A program made the translations under genes and the position numbers. DNA of 64,000 nucleotides from Bacteroidota bacterium. GTDB lineage: Bacteria; Bacteroidota; Bacteroidia; 2-12-FULL-35-15. Positions 10,421 to 18,756 of this stretch are shown here, piece after piece. The stretch spans positions 23,151 to 87,150 of the forward strand of contig CANIFU010000003.1 in assembly GCA_947466965.1 (NCBI GenBank), written 5' to 3'. How positions within the stretch are numbered: the first letter of the stretch is position 1; every line of letters begins with the position of its first letter. The notes under the pieces were generated by a model. It saw nothing but the letters and a program-made list of their open reading frames with translations, was not told where the DNA came from and did not search any database.

Positions 10421-11139
10421 TTTAATAGTTCACTTTTCTCAGTAACAAGTTCATAATCATCAGGAGAAGGATACATATCTTTTTGTATGATACTTTGTAT
10501 GAAAAAATTTTGTATTGATAATGGTATTTTTCTGATCCCTCTTAAATAAAATACATTTTCAATCACGTTACCAATTTTATTTCTTAGTGTTTTTTTATTG
10601 TAACGTGCATATTTTTGACCATATATTTTAACATCATCAAATGTATTATTTAACAAATCGGAGAGTTCATCTAGTGTAAATTCCTGGGTATGGAATGGAT
10701 TTATAATTACACCTGTTGGGCTATTTATAATATAATTTGGTGTTGATATAAATGCTATACCACCGTTTTTTAATGTTCTATAGAACTCAATTACCATTTC
10801 TTTATATTGGGTTGTATGTTCTATCGTTTCAAACGAAACAATTTTATCAAAATAATTGTTGTTAAATGGAATATTAGTTCCATCTATAAATTTGAATTCT
10901 AAATTCTTTAAATCAGTAAATTTTTTAGAGCAATAGTCGATCGTTTCCTGTGAAATATCTCCACCTATGACTAGGTTATCTGTTTTTTCACTTAGGATAG
11001 ATGAGCCAAAACCATTACCGCAAGCAATATCTAAGATGATATCGGAAGGCGATAAGTATTGGAAAGTGCTGTTGTAGCGATGAATGTGTTCGCCCCACCA
11101 TGGAGTATTTTTATTGTGTTCTTGACGTTCTGATGACAT
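10384..11139 (-). CDS. Class I SAM-dependent methyltransferase
   Basis: Motif I 'LDIACGNGFGS'. Motif post-I 'GGDIS'. 251 aa. Confidence 0.8.
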   Translation of the reverse strand: MSSERQEHNKNTPWWGEHIHRYNSTFQYLSPSDIILDIACGNGFGSSILSEKTDNLVIGGDISQETIDYCSKKFTDLKNLEFKFIDGTNIPFNNNYFDKIVSFETIEHTTQYKEMVIEFYRTLKNGGIAFISTPNYIINSPTGVIINPFHTQEFTLDELSDLLNNTFDDVKIYGQKYARYNKKTLRNKIGNVIENVFYLRGIRKIPLSIQNFFIQSIIQKDMYPSPDDYELVTEKSELLKCKTFLAICKKK

Positions 11140-11141
11140 GA

Positions 11142-12260
11142 TTATTCCAGTTTTTTATACATATCTATTATTTTATCTGCATTAGAAATGTCAAATTTTA
11201 ATAGAACATCTTTTTTTAATTTTGTCCCCATGTTTTTTAATTTAACAGGATTATTATATGCGTCAATAATAATTTCTTTTAAATTATTTTCACTGTCTTT
11301 TAATGAAATTAAATAACCATTTACGTTGTTTATTACATAATCATTGTAATCGCCAACGTTATCCGACACTACAATTGCTTTTTCAAATAATGCAAACTCT
11401 TTGGCTGCACTATTACTAGCATCTGTTAAAGATGGCTGAATTAATAAATCAGCGGCAGCCATAAAGTTAATAAAATCTGTTCTGAAACCGAGCATTATAA
11501 TGTGATCTTTTAAATTGAATTTTAAGATGTAAGCTTCAAGGTTTTCTTTTTCCGGGCCTTCATCAAGAACTATTAGTTTTATATCATAGCCTGAATCAAT
11601 AAGATCTTTTACTATTGGAAAAACAATGTGATGCCTTTTTAATTTTATTAATCGTGAAACCATTATTAATCTTAATTTGCAAGGGTATTGAAGTTTTATT
11701 TTTTCAATTTCAGTAGGTTCGGGTTGTTGGTATTTTGAAAAATCATAAATATATGGAATGATGCACATTTTGTTGATATCCACTTTTTCATAATTTTTTA
11801 TCCCTTCGTAAACTCCTTTTGATGGAACAACAATTTTTTTAGCTAAAAAATTAATGATTTTATCAAATCGTATTTCATTTTTATTAATACGAATAACTTC
11901 TTTTATATTTTCTATAAACCGGAAATGATGTCGGAAGACGATTAATTTAGATGTAATAAAGTATTGAGCGATTACTGCAATTATATTTGCATGTTGAAGA
12001 TGGGAATGAATAATGTTGATTTTTTTTTCTTTACAAAATCGGATTAAAAAAATAATTTGTTTAATGTAATATACAAACCCAGATGTGTTGATTTTATTGG
12101 AAAACGTTTGAAAGCCAATTGATTCCATATAAAAATGGAATGCTCCTTTTGAGCAAGTAGTTAAAATAATGATTTCAAAATCTTTTTTTCTAAGTTCAAT
12201 CAATAACGTTTCTAGGGCTATTGTTCTCTTATTAGATGGGTAGTAAAATAATATTTTCAT
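11142..12260 (-). CDS. Glycosyltransferase family 4
   Basis: 372 aa, GT-B architecture. The C-terminal half has conserved E...E donor-site spacing (AKEFALFEKAIVVSD). Stop/start overlap (ATGA) with the downstream GT. Confidence 0.7.
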   Translation of the reverse strand: MKILFYYPSNKRTIALETLLIELRKKDFEIIILTTCSKGAFHFYMESIGFQTFSNKINTSGFVYYIKQIIFLIRFCKEKKINIIHSHLQHANIIAVIAQYFITSKLIVFRHHFRFIENIKEVIRINKNEIRFDKIINFLAKKIVVPSKGVYEGIKNYEKVDINKMCIIPYIYDFSKYQQPEPTEIEKIKLQYPCKLRLIMVSRLIKLKRHHIVFPIVKDLIDSGYDIKLIVLDEGPEKENLEAYILKFNLKDHIIMLGFRTDFINFMAAADLLIQPSLTDASNSAAKEFALFEKAIVVSDNVGDYNDYVINNVNGYLISLKDSENNLKEIIIDAYNNPVKLKNMGTKLKKDVLLKFDISNADKIIDMYKKLE

Positions 12261-13345
12261 TATTTAAATTGAAAGTCTTTTTCTAATTGGTTAAATTGTT
12301 TTTTAAAGTATTGTATTGCATTTTCTTCTGTGTAGAGTTGTCCTATTTCCATACATTTTTGTGAAAGTTTTTTCTTTTCGGTATCAGTTAATCCAAAAAA
12401 CCAATTTATTTTATTAGCAATAATTTTGGCATCAAGTGGAGAAATTAGTTCTTTACTAACTTTTTCAACAACTTCTTTGGTGCCTGTCCATTCAGAAATG
12501 AGAGGGGGGATTCCATAAGACATTGCAATAAGCACTGTTAGTCCATAAGCTTCACCGCGAGCACAATGTAAATAGAATGAACTTTTGTTTAAAAAAATAT
12601 CAAGCTTTTCGGTGTTTCCAATAAAATGTATTGCTTTTTGTGTTTCTATTGAATATAGGTTAAGAAGTTCAACCTTCAGTTTATCTTCCCAATCGCCAAC
12701 AATTGTGAATGTTAATTCAGAATCTTCTTTTAAAGCAATAGAAAAAGCTTCTAACATTAGATCAAGTCCTTTATACCACAATCGGTTTTGACCTGGCCCT
12801 TGACCTATAAATAAAATATTTTTATGATTATCTATTGAAGTGATATTTTGCTGTTTAGGAAAATGATTAGAAGGTATTCCATTTATTACAGTATATAATT
12901 TAGGCGTTTTTTCACCTAATATATTTTTCACGAGCATTTCAGCCATTTCACCTTCGCATATAAGAGCATCATAACGTTTTAGTGCCTGAATATGAAGATA
13001 TTCAGTAAAGCGGGAAAAACGATGTGTATATATGAAATAAAGGGTGTGGCTTCCTAAATGTGCTACAATTTTTTGTTTTTTTGAAATCAATCGGAATGAT
13101 TTCATAATTACAGGCATGAAATGAAGGTTATCAACTAGAAAAATTTCATATTTTCTTTTTAAAGGAAATGTAATTGCGCAAACAAACCAGCTAATTATTC
13201 TGTATAAAATAAATTTATTCTTATCCTGCCATCTCATTTTGAAATCCACAAAATGAAATGTTGCATTCACTGATTCAGCAAATTTCCTATGCATTGGATG
13301 TGCACAAGGTCTCCCTTGAATGTATGCTACCTTAATTTGCTTCAT
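12260..13345 (-). CDS. Glycosyltransferase (GT4-like)
   Basis: 361 aa. C-terminal 'GEAYGLTVLIAMSYGIPPLISEWTG' matches the GT4 nucleotide-sugar binding segment. Confidence 0.7.
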   Translation of the reverse strand: MKQIKVAYIQGRPCAHPMHRKFAESVNATFHFVDFKMRWQDKNKFILYRIISWFVCAITFPLKRKYEIFLVDNLHFMPVIMKSFRLISKKQKIVAHLGSHTLYFIYTHRFSRFTEYLHIQALKRYDALICEGEMAEMLVKNILGEKTPKLYTVINGIPSNHFPKQQNITSIDNHKNILFIGQGPGQNRLWYKGLDLMLEAFSIALKEDSELTFTIVGDWEDKLKVELLNLYSIETQKAIHFIGNTEKLDIFLNKSSFYLHCARGEAYGLTVLIAMSYGIPPLISEWTGTKEVVEKVSKELISPLDAKIIANKINWFFGLTDTEKKKLSQKCMEIGQLYTEENAIQYFKKQFNQLEKDFQFK

Positions 13346-13366
13346 TTAAAAATTGTAATTAGGGAT

Positions 13367-14272
13367 CTAACTATTTTTCCCAACGTAAATAAATGTATTA
13401 CCCCAGCGATTGTTAATCGAACTAAGTAAAATACTGGTTTTGCCAATGAGTAGCTTTATTTTTCCTCCAATACCCTTTGCTGAATTATAAGAGGCAGGGT
13501 ATGGCCATGCAGCTTCACTGATTTTATATTCTAATGTAGTAAGGTTGAACTTTTCAAAAAAAGTCAATTGATTTGTGGAGTTAGTAAATGTAATGTGAGT
13601 AGGAGTGTGGTTAGAAATGTATCCATTTCTATATTTGTTCATCAATTTGAAGTATGTCTTTCTTGATAAAAAAGCGAAGTTGAAATTACATTCTATTGGG
13701 CCTTCAACAATTAGAATCCCATTTTTATTTAGTTTAGTTAATAATAGTTGCATTGTTTCATTTGGCGAATCCAGGTGCTCTAAAACATTGCTTAATCTTA
13801 TTATATCATATTTAATGTCGGGGTTTTGCAAGATTTCGTTTGTAGTGTAAAAATTGCTTGCAGAATACTCTTTTTTTAATATTTCAACATGTTCAGCGTT
13901 ATATTCAGCACCATCGCATTTTATTCCTGAAACAGTTGCATTAACAATGAAATTTGCATTTCCACATCCATAGTCCAAAACCTTTGGACTTCCTTCAAAA
14001 TGTTTTTTTATTAAATCAAATTGAACGCCATAACTAAAGCGAAGTCCAAGGAGTTTTTTATATTTGTCTGATTGAATAGTTTTATCTACGCCATTTTGAT
14101 AATAAGGAGGATACATCTTCAGATAATCATTGGAATTAGGCATTGGTGTAATATAAACAACTTCACAATTCATACATTTAATGTAACTAAACGTTTTACC
14201 GTTGAAAGTAGTGGAAGGTAAAAATGTTTTACTATAATGACTTCGTGAACAATAAGGGCAAGACATAAACAA
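13367..14272 (-). CDS. Class I SAM-dependent methyltransferase with N-terminal Cys4 zinc ribbon
   Basis: N-terminal 'CPYCSRS...CMNCEV'. Motif I 'LDYGCGNANF'. 'LSNVLEHLDSP' motif II/III. 301 aa. Same architecture as the 3013-3924 product. Confidence 0.8.
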   Translation of the reverse strand: MFMSCPYCSRSHYSKTFLPSTTFNGKTFSYIKCMNCEVVYITPMPNSNDYLKMYPPYYQNGVDKTIQSDKYKKLLGLRFSYGVQFDLIKKHFEGSPKVLDYGCGNANFIVNATVSGIKCDGAEYNAEHVEILKKEYSASNFYTTNEILQNPDIKYDIIRLSNVLEHLDSPNETMQLLLTKLNKNGILIVEGPIECNFNFAFLSRKTYFKLMNKYRNGYISNHTPTHITFTNSTNQLTFFEKFNLTTLEYKISEAAWPYPASYNSAKGIGGKIKLLIGKTSILLSSINNRWGNTFIYVGKNS

Positions 14273-14310
14273 GATCTATTAATTACTCTTTCAATGGCAG
14301 CAAATTTATA

Positions 14311-15465
14311 CTAATCTTTTTTTGAATGCAATACTTTCTCATAAAATATCTCATTTGGCATGGCTATATTTTTACTTCCATAGTTTTCCAATATAGTTTT
14401 CCGGGCTTTGTGTCCTAATTTTTTTCTTAATTCAATGTTTTCAATTAAAAGCGATATTTTAGCTGCTAAATCATCTGTGTTACCACATTTGAATACAATT
14501 CCATTTACATTATCTTTTACGATGCTGGTTAATTCAGGAATATCTGAAACGACTATAGGCAACTCCATGGCCATTTTTTCTAATAGTGCAATGGGTAATC
14601 CTTCTTGGTATGAAGGGAAAACAGCAAAGTCGCATTCATTTAAAATATCAGTAATTTGATATTGAGTGCCCATAAATACAACAGAATTGTCAAGAATTAG
14701 TTTCTTTGTGAGGTCTTGAATTTTATTATTTAATCCATCAGGTCCAACAAGAATAAGTTTTTTTTTGTGTTTACTATTGATTTTACTCCAGGATACAATT
14801 AGATCTTCATGTCCTTTAGGATAATCTATTCTTGCAACGTACACGACTGAAGTATATTCCCTTTTTATTTTAGGTTTTGGCTTATACAGATTGATATTCA
14901 ACTTGTTTTCAATACGTGTTAATTTTTTATCTTTTCCTAAAAGTTTATGATTTATAATTTCATCATAAGTCCCCTTAGAGATTGCAATTATATTGTATTT
15001 TTTAAATACAATACGGTAGATTACACCTAAAATATTTAATGATAATGATTTTTGGTTCAGTCTTAAAAGATGTTGAGTGAATACTAATTCACAATTGGTT
15101 TTCTGTTGGATCAATATTCCAATCCTTAGTTCTCGCGGATGGATGTGAAGATGCAAGATATCGGGTTTTTCACCTATGATGTCATTTATCAATTGTGCAC
15201 CATTTCTTTTTACAAACTTAGTAAAAAGAAAATGTTTAAAATAGCTCAATAGAGAATAGTTTAAGCTGTATTGATAGGTATACGTTTTAATCTTAATTTC
15301 AGGAGAAAGCTGATACGTAGATAATAATTCAATGTCTTTATTTAATGTATAAATAGAAACATCATATTGATTTAAATTTGCGGAAGAGCAGATATCGAGC
15401 ACAACTTTTTGTGTACCTCCAACTCCAAGATCAGGAACAAGGTGAATTACTTTTGTTTTTTTCAC
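14311..15465 (-). CDS. Glycosyltransferase family 4
   Basis: 384 aa. N-terminal 'HLVPDLGVGGTQKVVLD'. C-terminal 'PSYQEGLPIALLEKMAMELPIVVSD' (EX7E-like). Confidence 0.8.
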   Translation of the reverse strand: MKKTKVIHLVPDLGVGGTQKVVLDICSSANLNQYDVSIYTLNKDIELLSTYQLSPEIKIKTYTYQYSLNYSLLSYFKHFLFTKFVKRNGAQLINDIIGEKPDILHLHIHPRELRIGILIQQKTNCELVFTQHLLRLNQKSLSLNILGVIYRIVFKKYNIIAISKGTYDEIINHKLLGKDKKLTRIENKLNINLYKPKPKIKREYTSVVYVARIDYPKGHEDLIVSWSKINSKHKKKLILVGPDGLNNKIQDLTKKLILDNSVVFMGTQYQITDILNECDFAVFPSYQEGLPIALLEKMAMELPIVVSDIPELTSIVKDNVNGIVFKCGNTDDLAAKISLLIENIELRKKLGHKARKTILENYGSKNIAMPNEIFYEKVLHSKKD

Positions 15466-15482
15466 TTTTATTAGTAAAATGG

Positions 15483-16175
15483 TTACTGGTTGTTGTCTCT
15501 GATTTTTCTGATTGTATAACTGATATGTCGATTATTTTCGTGAGTTAAGTATAGAAATTCCCAATTATGCTCAACACAGAATTCGTTTACAGCCTCTACA
15601 ACACCATATCTTGTGAAATTATTATAGCAACGAGTTACATAATCATGCCCAGTAATTAGTCCATCTGTTTTAACTTTTTTTAAACAACTATTTAATTCTT
15701 TTTTAGTTGTTTCATATGAATGGTCCGTATCAATGTAAACCCAATCAAAATAATGATCTTCAAATTTTTCTAATTCTATGTATGAAAATCCTTTATGAAA
15801 AACAATATTGTTGTCCATGAGTTCCATTTTTAGATTCTGCTTGGTAGTTTCCATTTTTTCTATGGTGTATTGCATGCTATCCCATGCATCAATTAAATGT
15901 AGTTTTTGGGGTTTACATTTGCTTATAATTTCTTTTGAAAAAAGTCCTTCATCAACTCCCAACTCAGCAATAATTCCGTTTTTGGGTAATAAATTTAACA
16001 TTGCATCTCTGTCAGAAATTATTTTCAAATTTCTCAGGTGTATATCGGTTAATACGGGAGAGGGGAAACGTTTTTGATATTCTTTTTCTTCCTTTTGCAT
16101 CTGAAGCATGGTCATCCAATTAAATTTTAGTTTAATGGAATAAGGAATAAAATTATTATAAAAGAATCTGAACAT
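15483..16175 (-). CDS. Class I SAM-dependent (O-)methyltransferase, TylF/MycF-like fold
   Basis: 230 aa. Motif I 'ELGVDEGLFS'. Acidic 'IDAWDS' and 'YIDTDHSYE' motifs resemble the small sugar/macrolide O-MTase family. Family assignment is tentative. Confidence 0.6.
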   Translation of the reverse strand: MFRFFYNNFIPYSIKLKFNWMTMLQMQKEEKEYQKRFPSPVLTDIHLRNLKIISDRDAMLNLLPKNGIIAELGVDEGLFSKEIISKCKPQKLHLIDAWDSMQYTIEKMETTKQNLKMELMDNNIVFHKGFSYIELEKFEDHYFDWVYIDTDHSYETTKKELNSCLKKVKTDGLITGHDYVTRCYNNFTRYGVVEAVNEFCVEHNWEFLYLTHENNRHISYTIRKIRDNNQ

Positions 16176-16218
16176 GGTATTATTTTTTAAATTTTAAAAA
16201 CGAATTAATTCTTGTAAA

Positions 16219-17988
16219 TTAATTATTTGCTATTAATCGCCCCTCCTCTAATTTGTAAATTACATCACAATATTTTAATGTTTGAATTCTATGGGCAACA
16301 ATGATAATTGTAAGTTCCTTATGTGAAATATTATTTATAGATTCTGTTAGCATTTCTTCAGTTTCTGTATCGAGTGAGCTGGTTGCTTCATCAAATATTA
16401 AAATTTGTCCTCCATGATATAATGCTCTTGCTATACCAATTCTTTGTCGTTGTCCTCCGGATATTTTTATACCTTTTTCTCCAATTTGGGTTTGAGATCC
16501 TTCGGGAAGTAAATTTACAAACTGTTCCAATTGTGATTGAACAATCACTTGGTCTAATAAATTATTATCAATCTCATTTACCGGTATTCCAAATGCTATA
16601 TTTTCACTAATTGAACCGTCTAACAGCGTAATATTTTGAGGAACATAACTTACCAATTTGTACCAATCGAACAAATTTGATTTATCAATTTTGATGTTAT
16701 CAACAAAAATTCCACCACTGCTTTCTTGGAAAAGCCTTAATAGAATATTCAGTAAGGTTGTTTTTCCTGCGCCTGATGTACCAATTATTCCAATTGTTTG
16801 TCCTTTTTGAATAGTAAGATTAAGGTTTGTTAATACGTTCGCTGTATTATTTTCAAAGCTGAAAGCAAGATCCTTGATTACTAAATTTTCTTTAAATTCT
16901 AATGCGCTTGTATTCTCATTCTTGCTTCTTTTATTTGAATCTCTCGTTAATTCTTCAACTTCCATATTTTTATCGAAATGCTGGAAAATATATGTATTCG
17001 TTTTGATATAATTCGATGTTAATATGATTTTATTCATTGAAGGAATAAGCCGAAATGCTGCAATCGCAAAAATGATTAAAAATTGCGCCAATACGGCTAA
17101 GTCTTTATTTAATAAATATCCTGAAATAAAAATGGAAAATATCGCTAAAACTGCCACTGTCTCTACAAATTTCGGAGAAAATGAATTCATTAGAAACGTT
17201 TCAGAAACGGACTTGCTGTATTTGTCCACAGTCTTTTTAAATAATGGCTTAAAATAATTTACTTTATTAAAAATCGTAATTTCTCTGAATGCTTCCATAG
17301 ATTGAAGCCCTAATTTAAACATGTATGCACTTTCTGCATCTCTTCGTTCTGATATTTCTCGTAATTTCTTTTTATAAATTTTGTTATAAACTAGTAAAAA
17401 TGGAGCGGTGAAAAGTATAAGTGACCAAAATAATAATGGGTCATAAAATATAATAATGGAAATAATTAAAATCAAGATAAATAATTCATTTACTAATGCT
17501 ATAAATGGAAGTATCATGTAATTTATTAGTTCAAAAGGTATTTGAGTAAAGTTTCTTAATAATACTGCAGTATTATTATCGGAGTGAAAGCTATAGGGTT
17601 TTTTAAAATAGGAATAATACTTTTCAATGGATAGTCGACAAGCTAAATTAAATGCTACTGTAATTTGTTTTTTTGAAATGATATAGAAAAAAAAATTTTT
17701 AAGAACAAACAAAATCGTAATTGAACTGAACAAGAATAATACAAAACTTATATTGTTTTTGAAATGAAGAGAAGTATAAAGTAAATTAACATACTTGTTT
17801 TCCTGAATAATAGCTGGCTCAATAATAATTCTTATAACAGGAAAGAGAACAAAAAGTCCGAAAATTTCAAAAAGAGACGTTACAAGATAAATCGGGGCGA
17901 GCCTTATAATTGCTTTGAATACATAAGGTGGCAGCTTATCCTTAATGTTATAATATGTATCAACTAAAAAAAAACGATTCCTACTCAT
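16219..17988 (-). CDS. ABC exporter, fused permease-ATPase (MsbA/type-I exporter-like)
   Basis: 589 aa. N-terminal about 6 TM helices. C-terminal NBD with Walker A 'GTSGAGKTT', signature 'LSGGQRQR', Walker B 'ILIFDEATS', and H-loop. Confidence 0.9.
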   Translation of the reverse strand: MSRNRFFLVDTYYNIKDKLPPYVFKAIIRLAPIYLVTSLFEIFGLFVLFPVIRIIIEPAIIQENKYVNLLYTSLHFKNNISFVLFLFSSITILFVLKNFFFYIISKKQITVAFNLACRLSIEKYYSYFKKPYSFHSDNNTAVLLRNFTQIPFELINYMILPFIALVNELFILILIISIIIFYDPLLFWSLILFTAPFLLVYNKIYKKKLREISERRDAESAYMFKLGLQSMEAFREITIFNKVNYFKPLFKKTVDKYSKSVSETFLMNSFSPKFVETVAVLAIFSIFISGYLLNKDLAVLAQFLIIFAIAAFRLIPSMNKIILTSNYIKTNTYIFQHFDKNMEVEELTRDSNKRSKNENTSALEFKENLVIKDLAFSFENNTANVLTNLNLTIQKGQTIGIIGTSGAGKTTLLNILLRLFQESSGGIFVDNIKIDKSNLFDWYKLVSYVPQNITLLDGSISENIAFGIPVNEIDNNLLDQVIVQSQLEQFVNLLPEGSQTQIGEKGIKISGGQRQRIGIARALYHGGQILIFDEATSSLDTETEEMLTESINNISHKELTIIIVAHRIQTLKYCDVIYKLEEGRLIANN

Positions 17989-18072
17989 TTATAATTTATA
18001 TCTTTTCAAAGATAACAAATAGGGTTATATCTACTCATTTTTTATATGTAAATTTGTACAATATTTTAGATT

Positions 18073-18651
18073 ATGAAACTCGTCTTCGCAACCTCCAATC
18101 AAAATAAAGCAAATGAAATTCAATCTTTGATTCCGGATGTAATACAAATATTAAGTTTACTCGATATTCAATGCAACGAAGAAATTCCCGAAACTCAACC
18201 TACTATTGAAAGGAATGCATCTCAAAAGGCTTTTTATGTTTACGAAAAGTACAATAAAAATTGTTTTGCCGATGATACGGGTTTAGAAGTGGAAAGTTTA
18301 GACGGGAGTCCAGGTGTGTTTTCTGCTCGTTATGCTGGTGAAAGCAGAGATGCGAATCAAAACATGGATAAAGTTCTACAGGAATTGGAGCTGAAAGAAA
18401 ATCGTAAAGCCCGTTTTAAAACAGTTATTTCATTGGTAATTAATGGAAATGAGATGCAGTTTGAAGGCGTTGTCAATGGTGTGATTTTGTCAGAAAAAAG
18501 AGGTGAAAGTGGGTTTGGATACGATCCCATTTTTCTTCCTGATGGATACGATCTTTCATTTGCCCAAATGGATCTTCTTACAAAAAATAAAATATCTCAT
18601 AGGGCCAAGGCTGTGAATAAACTTGTTGAATACTTGAGGACGATTGTCTGA
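18073..18651 (+). CDS. rdgB: Non-canonical purine NTP pyrophosphatase (RdgB/HAM1/ITPase)
   Basis: 'KLVFATSNQNKANE' N-terminal motif. 'FGYDPIF' and 'SHRAKA' C-terminal motifs. 192 aa. Confidence 0.9.
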   Translation: MKLVFATSNQNKANEIQSLIPDVIQILSLLDIQCNEEIPETQPTIERNASQKAFYVYEKYNKNCFADDTGLEVESLDGSPGVFSARYAGESRDANQNMDKVLQELELKENRKARFKTVISLVINGNEMQFEGVVNGVILSEKRGESGFGYDPIFLPDGYDLSFAQMDLLTKNKISHRAKAVNKLVEYLRTIV

Positions 18652-18756
18652 AATGGCCTTTCCTTAAGTTTAAATTTGTACATTATAAGGTACGTTTCCT
18701 TATTCTTTTTTTATTAAAATCTTTGCGGACTTTAAGTCATTGCGAGAATAAAGCAA

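Noticed and set aside
12585-16077. Antisense ORFs of 68-89 aa within glycosyltransferase and methyltransferase genes (12585-12791, 13605-13850, 14408-14659, 15808-16077)
   Set aside because: All are embedded antisense in longer ORFs that have clear enzyme motifs. Their translations are hydrophobic and low-complexity. Spurious.
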